From Sphaerochaetaceae bacterium (GTDB taxonomy: Bacteria; Bacillota_I; Bacilli_A; RF39; UBA660), in contig CAVDHX010000024.1 of NCBI GenBank assembly GCA_963609095.1, positions 7,126 to 71,125 on the forward strand: a stretch of DNA of 64,000 bases, in the 5' to 3' direction. The notes below the pieces were generated by a model, which was given only the letters and a program-made list of their open reading frames with translations, did no database searches and was not told the origin of the DNA. Positions 19,984 through 29,131 of the stretch are shown one piece after another (the stretch's first letter is position 1; each line of letters begins with the position of its first letter). Position numbers and translations under genes: made by a program.

Positions 19984-20370
19984 ATGGATAGTAAAATTTT
20001 TAAATTTTTAGTTTTTGTTTTAATTATTATAATCGCACTTGTTGTTTCATCAAATTCTGATAAGCAGGAAGTTACACTAGTTAAAACATCTGATGAGTTG
20101 ACTAAGATTTTGGATATAAAAGGTCTTGTTATAATCGACATTAGAAATAGTGATGAATTTAAAGAAAGTCATATTCCAAATGCTATCAATATTCCATATA
20201 ATGAACTTAAAAGTAGACTTAAATATAGTTTAAAAACACCCATTTTAGTTTATTCTAAAAATGATTCGCGTAGTCATTTGGCTGCTTTACAATTAAAACA
20301 GATGAATTATGTCACAATTTATGAACTTGGCAATATGGAGATATACAATGGAAATTTAATTAAAAGTTAA
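19984..20370 (+). CDS. rhodanese-domain protein with N-terminal TM/signal
   Basis: 128 aa with a rhodanese fold and an active-site Cys-loop region. Some rhodanese motif residues are present (VIIDIRNSDEF...) and an N-terminal hydrophobic helix is present. Confidence 0.65.
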   Translation: MDSKIFKFLVFVLIIIIALVVSSNSDKQEVTLVKTSDELTKILDIKGLVIIDIRNSDEFKESHIPNAINIPYNELKSRLKYSLKTPILVYSKNDSRSHLAALQLKQMNYVTIYELGNMEIYNGNLIKS

Positions 20371-20380
20371 TTTTCTATTT

Positions 20381-20466
20381 GCATGGATGGCGGAATGGTA
20401 GACGCGCTACTTTGAGGGGGTAGTGAGATATATCTCATGCGAGTTCAAGTCTCGTTCCATGCACCA
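20381..20466 (+). tRNA. tRNA-Leu (anticodon GAG), with encoded CCA
   Basis: Folds as a cloverleaf: acceptor gcatgga/tccatgc, D-arm GCGG-AATGGTAG-ACGC. The anticodon stem is ctact/ggtag with loop ttGAGgg. It has a long variable arm and T-arm gcgag-TTCAAGT-ctcgt. Closely parallels E. coli/Bacillus tRNA-Leu. Confidence 0.9.
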
Positions 20467-20571
20467 TTAGGGAACCTGTTCGGACTATTCGAGCTTTGAT
20501 ATATAGAAATCAATTGAAATGATTGATTTTTTTTGTTTTATAAGAAAAAAATCATAGAAGGGTTGATGTCT

Positions 20572-20845
20572 ATGATTAATGTAATCAAACAAGAAATTGA
20601 TATGGAGGAGTCTTTAAGAAAAAGATTAGAGATTATCTGTGATTTTTGTAATGCTACTCCAACGTTTTATAAATGGTAGTATAAGAAGAATTGATAAAAT
20701 TAATTTAAGTTACATTGAGCCACACAGAATTATTATTAATGATATGACTTTTTTTACTTTTAATTACTCTAATGGAATCTATATTAATAACTTGAGTAAA
20801 AAGATTAAACTAGCAGAACTTGAAAATTATATTAAATCACACTAA
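20572..20845 (+). pseudogene. frameshifted fragments of an unknown small gene downstream of tRNA-Leu
   Basis: A 34-codon ORF (MINVIKQEIDMEESLRKRLEIICDFCNATPTFYKW*) is immediately followed, in another frame, by a 68-codon ORF. No convincing RBS or product. Confidence 0.25.
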
Positions 20846-20885
20846 CTATTCCCTACAAAGATAGTGTAACAATTTATCGGAATCA

Positions 20886-21332
20886 TTAGAAAATGGTACC
20901 AGAATTTAAAACTTTATTTATGATTATGAAAATGGGATTAGCTGAAGTACAAACAGGTAAATTAGATACTGATTTATCAAAAATTGCAAAGCTAATCTCT
21001 TTTTCATTATAAGTATAGTTATCTTTTTGATATGATAATTTAAGATAATAATCTAATATGTTTATATTATTAAGTGATGCTTCTTGATATTTTAAATAAG
21101 TTTGGATATATTTATCTGAGTACGCTTTAGGTCTAGAACCAAAATGTGATGCAATACAATGAGAAATATGGGATTCCATAGAGGATTTAATATCTGAATA
21201 TTTCATGGCAATAATACCTTTCCAATGTTTAATGATGTAGTTTTTATATTCAGTAATTTTATCTTTTCTTGTCTGTTTGTCCTTTGATTCAATAATCTCA
21301 TCTATAATTTTAATAAATTTTTTTTCTTTCAT
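20886..21332 (-). CDS. hypothetical protein, possibly a mobile-element (transposase-like) C-terminal remnant
   Basis: 148-156 aa ORF with no N-terminal catalytic region. The upstream 21357-21560 holds broken coding-like sequence. Sits next to the tRNA. Confidence 0.3.
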   Translation of the reverse strand: MKEKKFIKIIDEIIESKDKQTRKDKITEYKNYIIKHWKGIIAMKYSDIKSSMESHISHCIASHFGSRPKAYSDKYIQTYLKYQEASLNNINILDYYLKLSYQKDNYTYNEKEISFAIFDKSVSNLPVCTSANPIFIIINKVLNSGTIF

Positions 21333-21671
21333 CTGATTTTTTATAAGCCTTATCAATTAAGAAAATGAAGTCAACTATTAATTCAATAACCATCTCATTA
21401 ATTTCTTTTTGTAAATTCAAAAAAGAGTCTATGTATCTATGCGTTGATAAATTGTTAAAAATTGAATTTAAAATATCAATTAGTTTATATTTATTTTTTT
21501 TAAGGCCATATTAATATAAAAATTTTTTGTTTCATAATTTAAAATCTGTGATAAAATATTCGTAGAAAGAGCTCCTTTTTATTGTATTTATAGTGATATT
21601 ATATCACACTGAGTTCTTTCTTTTTTTTATTTTTTCCGATACTATGTTGCATTATCACTTATGCAAAATGA

Positions 21672-21700
21672 TTGACTAAAATGGAAATATATGGTACATT
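21672..21700 (+). promoter_or_regulatory. sigma-A-type promoter for the peptide/MccB-like operon
   Basis: TTGACT - 17 nt - TACATT. Confidence 0.45.
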
Positions 21701-21755
21701 AATTATAACTTGATGGAGCTGTTATTTCTATTAAGTGCGAAAGGTGGTTAAAACA

Positions 21756-21821
21756 TGAAAATTAGTGTTAAAAAATTAGCTGAAACACAATTTGCTTGCC
21801 ACGTAGATCAAAATTGCTAAT
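21756..21821 (+). CDS. candidate 21-aa precursor peptide MKISVKKLAETQFACHVDQNC
   Basis: An RBS (AAAGGTGG) lies 6 nt upstream of the ATG. The ORF is followed at once by a 9-bp stem hairpin and is directly upstream of an MccB-like enzyme. Confidence 0.45.
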
Positions 21822-21836
21822 TGATGCTAAACATTA

Positions 21837-21858
21837 AAGCCCATCTTCATGGGCTTTA
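21837..21858 (+). terminator. intra-operon hairpin, possibly a partial terminator or attenuator, between the peptide ORF and the MccB-like gene
   Basis: aaagcccat-cttc-atgggcttt, followed by a weak U-tract. Confidence 0.45.
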
Positions 21859-21889
21859 ATGTGTTTATAAAGGTATAAAGGAGATTTTT

Positions 21890-22939
21890 ATGAGAGTATT
21901 AATAAATCCTACTAAGCCATTTTATTTAAATGAAATCAAAAAATCAATCAGATGTGGTAATTTTTCAGAAACAGGGAAAGTAATTGATTATGAAGATGAA
22001 ATGTTTGTTAGTTTTTTTAAAGAACTGTCAAAATTTATTGACGTTAAAGATTTAGAAAATATTGCAAAAACTAAATATTCAATGAGTAGTAAGGATTTTA
22101 ACGAAATATTAAAATATTTGATGAATGAAAAATTTGTTATTACTGATGATGAATATAATAAAATATATAATTATGATAAATTATATAATAGACAAAATGC
22201 TTATTTCTTTATGGTGTCAGATGATAATAAAAATATTGATTTATATAAAAACAAAAATATTTTAATTTTAGGATTAGGAGGAATAGGCTCTAATGTTGCT
22301 GAACAATTAGTAAGAGCTGGGTTTTCTAATTTTATGCTTGTGGATTGTGATATTGTTGAAAGTTCTAATTTAATTAGACAAAATGCTTATTATTCAGATG
22401 ATATTGGTATGTCTAAAACTACTGCGTTATCAAGAAGATTAATGTTAATAAACAGTAGTATAAAAGTTAATAAATACAACACAAAAATATTTTCTAAAGC
22501 TGATGTGTTACAATATATAGAAAAAGCAGATTTCGTAATTTGTACTTTGGATAAACCATATAGAAAAATTAGAAGAATTATAAATTCAGCATGTGTAAAA
22601 TGTAATAAACCTGTTATTTTTTCCGGATTTGCTGAACACGTCGGTATGGTTGGACCTTTTGTTGTTCCTTATACAACCGCTTGTTTAGAATGTATAGATA
22701 AGCAAGATGCCGAAATACCATTTCAAAATGTAAAAATTGCTCCTTCGTTTGGACCTTTATGTAACATCATTTCTTGCATTGTAACAGCGGAAGTGATAAA
22801 TTATTTTGTAAAATATAATTCGTATAATTTAATAGGATGTACTTTAATGTTTAATATGATTAACTATAAAACGGAAATTATTAAATGGTATAAAAATCCG
22901 TCATGTAAAAAGTGTGGTGATAAAAATGATAGTAAGTAA
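21890..22939 (+). CDS. MccB-like ThiF/E1-family peptide adenylyltransferase
   Basis: 349 aa. An N-terminal ~100-aa extension (peptide-clamp-like) precedes the Rossmann motif ILILGLGGIGSNVAEQLVRAGF...LVDCDIVESSNLIRQ. VGPFVVPYTTACLEC (CxxC) and a C-terminal SCKKCGDK (CxxC) mirror the MccB FGPLYVPGKTGCYEC...CSVCGNRM tetracysteine. Confidence 0.8.
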   Translation: MRVLINPTKPFYLNEIKKSIRCGNFSETGKVIDYEDEMFVSFFKELSKFIDVKDLENIAKTKYSMSSKDFNEILKYLMNEKFVITDDEYNKIYNYDKLYNRQNAYFFMVSDDNKNIDLYKNKNILILGLGGIGSNVAEQLVRAGFSNFMLVDCDIVESSNLIRQNAYYSDDIGMSKTTALSRRLMLINSSIKVNKYNTKIFSKADVLQYIEKADFVICTLDKPYRKIRRIINSACVKCNKPVIFSGFAEHVGMVGPFVVPYTTACLECIDKQDAEIPFQNVKIAPSFGPLCNIISCIVTAEVINYFVKYNSYNLIGCTLMFNMINYKTEIIKWYKNPSCKKCGDKNDSK

Positions 22940-24545
22940 TTTAAGTAAAAATATTAGTGGAAGAGATTTACTTGATAATATGAGTTTTAGTTTAAATGTT
23001 GGCAATAAGGTTGGATTAATAGGTAAAAACGGTGTGGGGAAATCAACTTTGTTAAAAATTCTGTCTGGCGATTTACTTTGTGATTCTGGTAAGATTAATT
23101 TAAATGGTCAAAAGGTAAAAATGTTAAAACAAGAAATTTCTAAAGATGATTATGATTATAGTATTATTGATTATATAAAAAAAGAAAATAATATTTTAAA
23201 TCTCGAAAAAAGATTACACGAATTAGAAACAAATTTAAATGATGATAACATGGAAGAATATGGTGATATACTAGATCAATATTTAGGTTTAGATGGTTAT
23301 AATTTTGAAAATAATTTAGGAATGGTTTTAAATGGCCTTAAATTAGATATAGATATTAATAAAAAAGTCGAAACATTATCTGGAGGACAAAAGATAAAAA
23401 TATTACTTGCTAGTTTACTTTTAAGTAATGCTGATATATTACTTTTAGATGAACCTACCAATAATTTGGATATTGAAGCTATAGAATGGCTAGAAAATTA
23501 TCTTATAAAATTAGAAAAGCAAATGATAATTGTTTCTCATGATGAAGAATTCTTAAACAATGTAACTAATAAAATTTTTGAATTAGAAAATGGTAAAATT
23601 ACTGAATATAATTTAAGTTATTCTGATTATTTAAATTATAAAGATATGGAATATAATCATAAACTAGAACAATATGAACAAGCCCAAGAACAAAAGAAAA
23701 AAATAAAGGTCCAAATTCAAGAAGCTAAAGAATGGTCAAATAAAGGTTTCTCATCAAAAAAGAAAGATAATGATAAAATAGCCGCTAACTTTGCTAAAGA
23801 AAGAACTAAAAAAACATCTGCAAAAGTATCAGGATTATCAAAAGAACTGGAAAAAATAGAAATTGACTCTAATTTTAGAAAACGTGAAGCCATTAATTTT
23901 ACTGTAGATTACTCAGATATAACAGGAAATGGCGATATTTATATTGAAGATTTAGTATGTGGCTATAATGATTTTAAAATACCATCTATAAAAGTAGATA
24001 TTCCATTTGGAACTAGAATACAAATATACGGTAAAAATGGTAGTGGTAAAACGACATTTATAAAAACACTTTTAAATGAAATTAAACCTATTAGTGGAAA
24101 AGTATATATAGGAAATGATGTTAAATTTGGATATATTTCTCAAGATAGTTTAGAAACCAATTCTGCAAATCTTTCAATATATGATTATTTGTCACAAAAT
24201 ACTGGCATTGATAAGAGCATGTTGTTTAATATTCTTAATAAATTTCATATAGCGTATGAAGATAAAGATAAACCTTATTTGACTTTATCACCAGGTCAAA
24301 GGACTAGAGTCAATTTGGCTAAATTAGCTATAAATAAAATTAATACATTAATATTAGATGAAGCAACTAATCATTTAGATATAGAAGCAATTCATGTGCT
24401 AGAAGAAGTTATTGATACATTTAATGGAACAATCATTAGTATTTCTCATAATAGAGCTTTTAACGAATATTTAAAGTCTGATGTTATTTTAAATATTGAA
24501 GATGCTAGTTTGACATATCCAGATAAAAAAGTAAAAAAAAAATGA
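22926..24545 (+). CDS. ABC-F family ATPase (tandem NBDs, no TMD), ribosome-associated and ARE-like
   Basis: Two Walker A motifs (GKNGVGKST, GKNGSGKTT) and two signature/Walker B sets, joined by a ~90-aa charged linker. Its ATG overlaps the upstream stop by 14 nt, with a GGTGA RBS. Confidence 0.85.
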   Translation: MIVSNLSKNISGRDLLDNMSFSLNVGNKVGLIGKNGVGKSTLLKILSGDLLCDSGKINLNGQKVKMLKQEISKDDYDYSIIDYIKKENNILNLEKRLHELETNLNDDNMEEYGDILDQYLGLDGYNFENNLGMVLNGLKLDIDINKKVETLSGGQKIKILLASLLLSNADILLLDEPTNNLDIEAIEWLENYLIKLEKQMIIVSHDEEFLNNVTNKIFELENGKITEYNLSYSDYLNYKDMEYNHKLEQYEQAQEQKKKIKVQIQEAKEWSNKGFSSKKKDNDKIAANFAKERTKKTSAKVSGLSKELEKIEIDSNFRKREAINFTVDYSDITGNGDIYIEDLVCGYNDFKIPSIKVDIPFGTRIQIYGKNGSGKTTFIKTLLNEIKPISGKVYIGNDVKFGYISQDSLETNSANLSIYDYLSQNTGIDKSMLFNILNKFHIAYEDKDKPYLTLSPGQRTRVNLAKLAINKINTLILDEATNHLDIEAIHVLEEVIDTFNGTIISISHNRAFNEYLKSDVILNIEDASLTYPDKKVKKK

Positions 24546-24675
24546 AAAAAGTATAAATATTATATAGAGTTGATGCAAATATTTTTTAACATTATAATTA
24601 ATACATCAAATACAATTGAACTTTTTACCAAAGTATGCATAGTCTCTTCAGTAAACTCTCCATTATGAAATTAAC

Positions 24676-24700
24676 CCTTGAATATCAAGGACTTTTTTTT
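24676..24700 (+). terminator. Rho-independent terminator after the ABC-F gene
   Basis: ccttga-ata-tcaagg followed by a T8 run. Confidence 0.6.
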
Positions 24701-25155
24701 ATGTTTTAATTTAATTAGGTACAAATCAAGTATATTTTTACAATTAACTTTTTCCTCCTAGCTTATTTTAGTTGAATTTTAACCATTGTATTGTTTATAA
24801 TCAACTTATAGAGTAAGGGGTTGTTTTTGTATATCCGAAATCATTTTACATTATCAGATGAAAAGTCTGATGTTATTTATATTTATGATAATATAGTTGT
24901 TTTTTGTGTTGGGCAAATCGAACAATAAAATTATGATAAAGCATATAGTAGATATAAAAATAGTGTTTTAACGTGGAAGAACAATTTGTGAAATCATATT
25001 TATATTAAAAATTTATAAAAGTATTAAAAAGAATTACTGTATAAAAAATTGCTGTCATTATGTTAGTATTTTTTTCATTCAACAATTATATTTTAATTTG
25101 AAATATGCTATTTTAAAGTCCTATTGATAAAGTTATAATTATGAATTTTTTGGTT

Positions 25156-25584
25156 TTAATTTAATATGTAAATGCCATACGTTAAGTATGATGCAAATAA
25201 TAACCATATTATGTATGGTATATTAATATATGCTGATATTTTATTTACCTTGTAAAATTTATAAATCATTATTACGACAATTATTAGTAATATTATAATC
25301 CAAATTAATGCGAATAAATACCATTTAAATATGAAGAAGATAATTGGCCAAATACCATTTATGATTAAATTTGTATAGTATATTTCTTTGTTTTTGTTGT
25401 TTTGTAAATAAAAACTTATACCCATTAAAATGTATAAAATAGTCCATGCAATTGGAAAGATAATTCCTGGTGGTGAAAATAAAGGCTTTGATATATTTTG
25501 ATAATTCATAAATGGACTTATAATTATTCCTATAAAGATACCCATAATTAATGGTATAGCTATATTTTTTAATAAATTTTTCAT
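25156..25584 (-). CDS. tspO: TspO/MBR family tryptophan-rich sensory protein
   Basis: 142-aa 5-TM protein carrying PPGIIFPIAWTILYILMG, which matches the TspO PxWxFxPxWT(x)LY motif. Confidence 0.7.
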   Translation of the reverse strand: MKNLLKNIAIPLIMGIFIGIIISPFMNYQNISKPLFSPPGIIFPIAWTILYILMGISFYLQNNKNKEIYYTNLIINGIWPIIFFIFKWYLFALIWIIILLIIVVIMIYKFYKVNKISAYINIPYIIWLLFASYLTYGIYILN

Positions 25585-25657
25585 GTTATCACCTATTATT
25601 ATAATATGTAAATGACAAAAAAATATAATTGTATTATAATATTTTACGTAGAGAGGA

Positions 25658-26011
25658 TTGATATTAATGGGGATGCTTACAAAGAGTAATAGGAATGAAG
25701 ATGATTTGTTAACTTTAAATTTAAATGATAGGAATTTTTCTATTTCTTTTGATAATGTTGAAAGGAAAATAAAATTAAATGAGAAAAGCTCAATTTTATT
25801 AGAAAAAGCTATTAAACAAAATTGTTTTTTAATTAAAAATGATAAATTGATTAAGGTAGGTAATTATAAAATAGTTTTAAAGAATGATGATGTAAGTAAG
25901 CTATGGTTAAAATCATTTGATAAATTAGTAGAATATAAGTTAATATTAAAAAATAATTCAAATTATATAGTTTCTGATAAAGGGAAAAAATATTTTAGAG
26001 AATATTGTTAA
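25658..26011 (+). CDS. hypothetical protein
   Basis: 117-aa ORF divergent from tspO. No recognisable motifs. Confidence 0.35.
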   Translation: MILMGMLTKSNRNEDDLLTLNLNDRNFSISFDNVERKIKLNEKSSILLEKAIKQNCFLIKNDKLIKVGNYKIVLKNDDVSKLWLKSFDKLVEYKLILKNNSNYIVSDKGKKYFREYC

Positions 26012-26095
26012 CATTATTTTTATAAATAATGTTTTTTTGTTTTTTTGAAGGAATTTGCAATTTTACGTCGTATATTAATAAGTGAGGAGGTTAAA

Positions 26096-26782
26096 ATGGA
26101 AATATTGAATATTATAAATCTAACAAAGAAATATAAAAATGGAACTGATGAATTGTATGCATTAGATAATATTAATTTTAAAGTAAAAAAGGGTGAATTT
26201 GTTATTATAACTGGTAAAAGTGGAAGTGGTAAAAGTACTCTTTTACACTTAATAGGGGGATTAGATTTTCCAACAAGTGGAACTGTTTTGGTTAATAATA
26301 CAGATATTTATAAGTTAAATGATAAAAATTTGACTATTTTTAGAAGAAAGTATATTGGAATTATATATCAATTTTATAATTTAATTCCTGTTTTGAATGT
26401 TTTTGAAAATATTATTTTACCGGCTTTATTTGATAAAAGAAAAATAAATGAAGAAAAAATTAATAATTTATTAAATAAATTAGGACTTAATGGTAAGAAT
26501 GATTATTTGCCAAATGATTTATCAGGTGGTGAACAACAAAGAGTTGCGATTGCTAGAGCTTTAATTAATCGGCCTAAATTGGTTTTAGCTGATGAACCAA
26601 CTGGGGCTTTAGATAGTAAAAATAGTAAATATATAATGAAATTATTAAGGTTTTATAATAAGAAATATAAGCAAACTATTATTATGGTAACTCACGATAC
26701 TTCTTTAGTTAGTTATGCCGATAGAATAATAACTATGTCTGATGGTAAGATAGAAAAGGATATTATTAATGATAAGCATTAA
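26096..26782 (+). CDS. ABC transporter ATP-binding protein (MacB/BceA-like)
   Basis: Walker A GKSGSGKST, signature LSGGEQQRVAIARAL, Walker B LVLADEPTGALD. RBS GAGGAGG. Confidence 0.85.
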   Translation: MEILNIINLTKKYKNGTDELYALDNINFKVKKGEFVIITGKSGSGKSTLLHLIGGLDFPTSGTVLVNNTDIYKLNDKNLTIFRRKYIGIIYQFYNLIPVLNVFENIILPALFDKRKINEEKINNLLNKLGLNGKNDYLPNDLSGGEQQRVAIARALINRPKLVLADEPTGALDSKNSKYIMKLLRFYNKKYKQTIIMVTHDTSLVSYADRIITMSDGKIEKDIINDKH

Positions 26783-28691
26783 ATTTTTAAAGAAAAATAA
26801 AAAGCAAACAATTACTATGGTTATGGGCATTATTTTATCAAGTGTTTTACTTTTTAGTATTGGCATTTTATTTTCTTCATTTAGAAATTTTATGATAGAA
26901 GATGTTAAAAAAAATGTTGGAAATTATCATGTAAAAATAGTTGGTAATATAAATGATGTAGATAAAAAACAAATTTTAAGTATAAAGAAAAAAAATGAGT
27001 ATTATATAAGATTTAAAAATATAAAAAATGTATATAGTTATACTGAAAATATTTGTGAAAAAAATCAATGTTTAGAGGTTATTTATAATACAAAATTGCT
27101 TTCTTTATATGGTGTTACTGATAATGATAATTTATTAAGTATATTCAAGAAAATTATAACGTTAATTGTTTTGATTTTATCGTTGGCTGTGTTTTTTATT
27201 GTTTATAATTCTTTTAATATTTCTTTAGTAAAACAAAAGCGAGATATATTTTTACTTAAAGTAAGTGGAGCTGATAATAGGTGCTTGTATAAAATTTATT
27301 TTTTTCAAGGAATTATTGTTGGATTGATTGGCATAATAATTGGTTTTTTAGTAAGTATGGTTATGAATATTTTTTCAATAAAGTTTATTAATTTGTTTTT
27401 ATATGAATTTTTTAGAGGAAGTTTAAAATTATCTATTTATTTTGATTTTATTTTAATACCGTTTTTTTTTATAATATTAATTGTTTTTTTGTCATCTTTA
27501 TTTCCACTTAGAAATTTGAATAAATATAAGATTGTTGATTTATATAATCCTATAAAAAACAATTATATAAATAAATATGATTTTAGGAAAAACTTTGTTT
27601 TAAATTATTCTCTTATAAATTATGAACGTGAGAAGCATAATTATAGAAATTTAATTATATGTTTATTTATCCTCTTATTTCTTTTTAATAGTTTTTTTTC
27701 GTTTATGCGATATACTTTTAAAATAATTAATGATTATGTTATTCTTCCAGAATATGATTTGTTAGTAAAAGCAGATATTGACGTGGTTAAAGATATTGAT
27801 AGAAAATTGGTTCCTAGTAAGTCTATTATATATAATTCATGTAATGGAAAGGTTCAAATAGCTAAAGATAAGTTTAATAAAAATCAAAAAGTGGGTAATG
27901 CTTTAATAACTAATTTAGGTGGTAATGAATTAATTAATTTTGTTTTTGAGGTAAAAAGTGAAAATGATTTGATGGTTAAAAATAATTATATTCCTTTTAA
28001 CAAATTGGATAAGGTTATATTGAATGATGAAAAATTATCTATTTCTTTAACTAATAAAATACCATTTGGATTTAAATCTTTATTAAAAAGTGATATTGTA
28101 ATTTTGAATTTAGATAATAATAATTTTTCTAAATTTTGTTTAAATTATGATACCATTGGTTATTTTAAAACTGATAAAAGTAATCTTGATGTATTTTTAA
28201 ATAATTATGCTATAAAAAATAATGTTGATTTAATTTATAGTAATGTTAAAAAAGCTAAACAAATTATTTCAAATATTGTTTTATTGATTAAAGTATTTAT
28301 TTATTTAATTATAGTTTTAATAATTTTAATATGTGTTACAACTATTTTTAATATTGTATCGGCTAATATTAAGTTTAGAAAAAGGGAACTTGCAAATTTA
28401 AAATCATTAGGTTTTTTAAATGTTAATATTGTTGAATTGTTATGCTTAGAATGTTTTATTATTACATTTAAAGCTTTTATTTATGCTTTACCATTTATTT
28501 TACTTGTATTTAAGTTTTTTTATAATAATCTTGGCAAAGTATTTAAATTAAATTTATCTATTTTTGATTATGAGCTTTTAACTGTAAGTTTTGTATTGTG
28601 TTTAATCATAGTTATTATATGTATGCTTTTAAGTTATATGTCTTTAATGAAGGAAAGTTTAATTATAAATATAAAACAGGAAATTTTTTAA
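26769..28691 (+). CDS. FtsX-family ABC permease with two FtsX modules and large extracytoplasmic domains (BceB-like)
   Basis: 640-aa polytopic membrane protein. It overlaps the ATPase gene. Confidence 0.7.
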   Translation: MISIKFLKKNKKQTITMVMGIILSSVLLFSIGILFSSFRNFMIEDVKKNVGNYHVKIVGNINDVDKKQILSIKKKNEYYIRFKNIKNVYSYTENICEKNQCLEVIYNTKLLSLYGVTDNDNLLSIFKKIITLIVLILSLAVFFIVYNSFNISLVKQKRDIFLLKVSGADNRCLYKIYFFQGIIVGLIGIIIGFLVSMVMNIFSIKFINLFLYEFFRGSLKLSIYFDFILIPFFFIILIVFLSSLFPLRNLNKYKIVDLYNPIKNNYINKYDFRKNFVLNYSLINYEREKHNYRNLIICLFILLFLFNSFFSFMRYTFKIINDYVILPEYDLLVKADIDVVKDIDRKLVPSKSIIYNSCNGKVQIAKDKFNKNQKVGNALITNLGGNELINFVFEVKSENDLMVKNNYIPFNKLDKVILNDEKLSISLTNKIPFGFKSLLKSDIVILNLDNNNFSKFCLNYDTIGYFKTDKSNLDVFLNNYAIKNNVDLIYSNVKKAKQIISNIVLLIKVFIYLIIVLIILICVTTIFNIVSANIKFRKRELANLKSLGFLNVNIVELLCLECFIITFKAFIYALPFILLVFKFFYNNLGKVFKLNLSIFDYELLTVSFVLCLIIVIICMLLSYMSLMKESLIINIKQEIF

Positions 28692-28818
28692 AATTTCTTT
28701 TGATTTTCTTGCTTTTTTTAGTAAACTCATGTATATTATTATTGTACTTATTTCAAAGTTTAAAAGAACTCCATCTTTTTTTCTTGGATTTAAGCGTATT
28801 TATATAAAGGAGGATATT

Positions 28819-29088
28819 ATGGCTTTAAGTAAAGAACAAAAGGAAACTTTAGTTAAAAAGTATGCCAGAAAAGATAATGATACTGGATGTGCTGAAGTAC
28901 AAATTGCTATTTTAACTGAAGAAATTAAAGAATTAACTGAACACTTAAAAACACATATTCATGATTATCATTCACGTCGTGGTCTTCTTAAAAAAGTTGG
29001 TAAACGTAGAAGTTTACTTAAATATTTAATGAAGAAAGATGTTACAAGATATCGTGAAGTTGTTAAAAGTTTAGGACTTAGAAAATAA
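28819..29088 (+). CDS. rpsO: 30S ribosomal protein S15
   Basis: Begins [23 protein letters not shown]...[23 protein letters not shown]. Confidence 0.95.
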   Translation: MALSKEQKETLVKKYARKDNDTGCAEVQIAILTEEIKELTEHLKTHIHDYHSRRGLLKKVGKRRSLLKYLMKKDVTRYREVVKSLGLRK

Positions 29089-29093
29089 TAGTA

Positions 29094-29125
29094 GACACTC
29101 TTTTTAGAGTGTCATTTTTATGGGA
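29094..29125 (+). promoter_or_regulatory. rpsO-pnp intergenic hairpin (terminator / RNase III-type processing site)
   Basis: gacactc-ttttta-gagtgtc followed by a U-run. Confidence 0.55.
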
Positions 29126-29131
29126 GGATTT

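Noticed and set aside
21722-21760. 12-codon ORF MELLFLLSAKGG overlapping the peptide's RBS
   Set aside because: No RBS of its own, and it overlaps the Shine-Dalgarno of the better-supported 21-codon ORF. Kept only as a possible leader-peptide alternative.
28598-28807. 69-aa ORF overlapping the permease 3' end and the rpsO leader
   Set aside because: Out of frame with both neighbours. The rpsO start at 28819 is preceded by a clean RBS.
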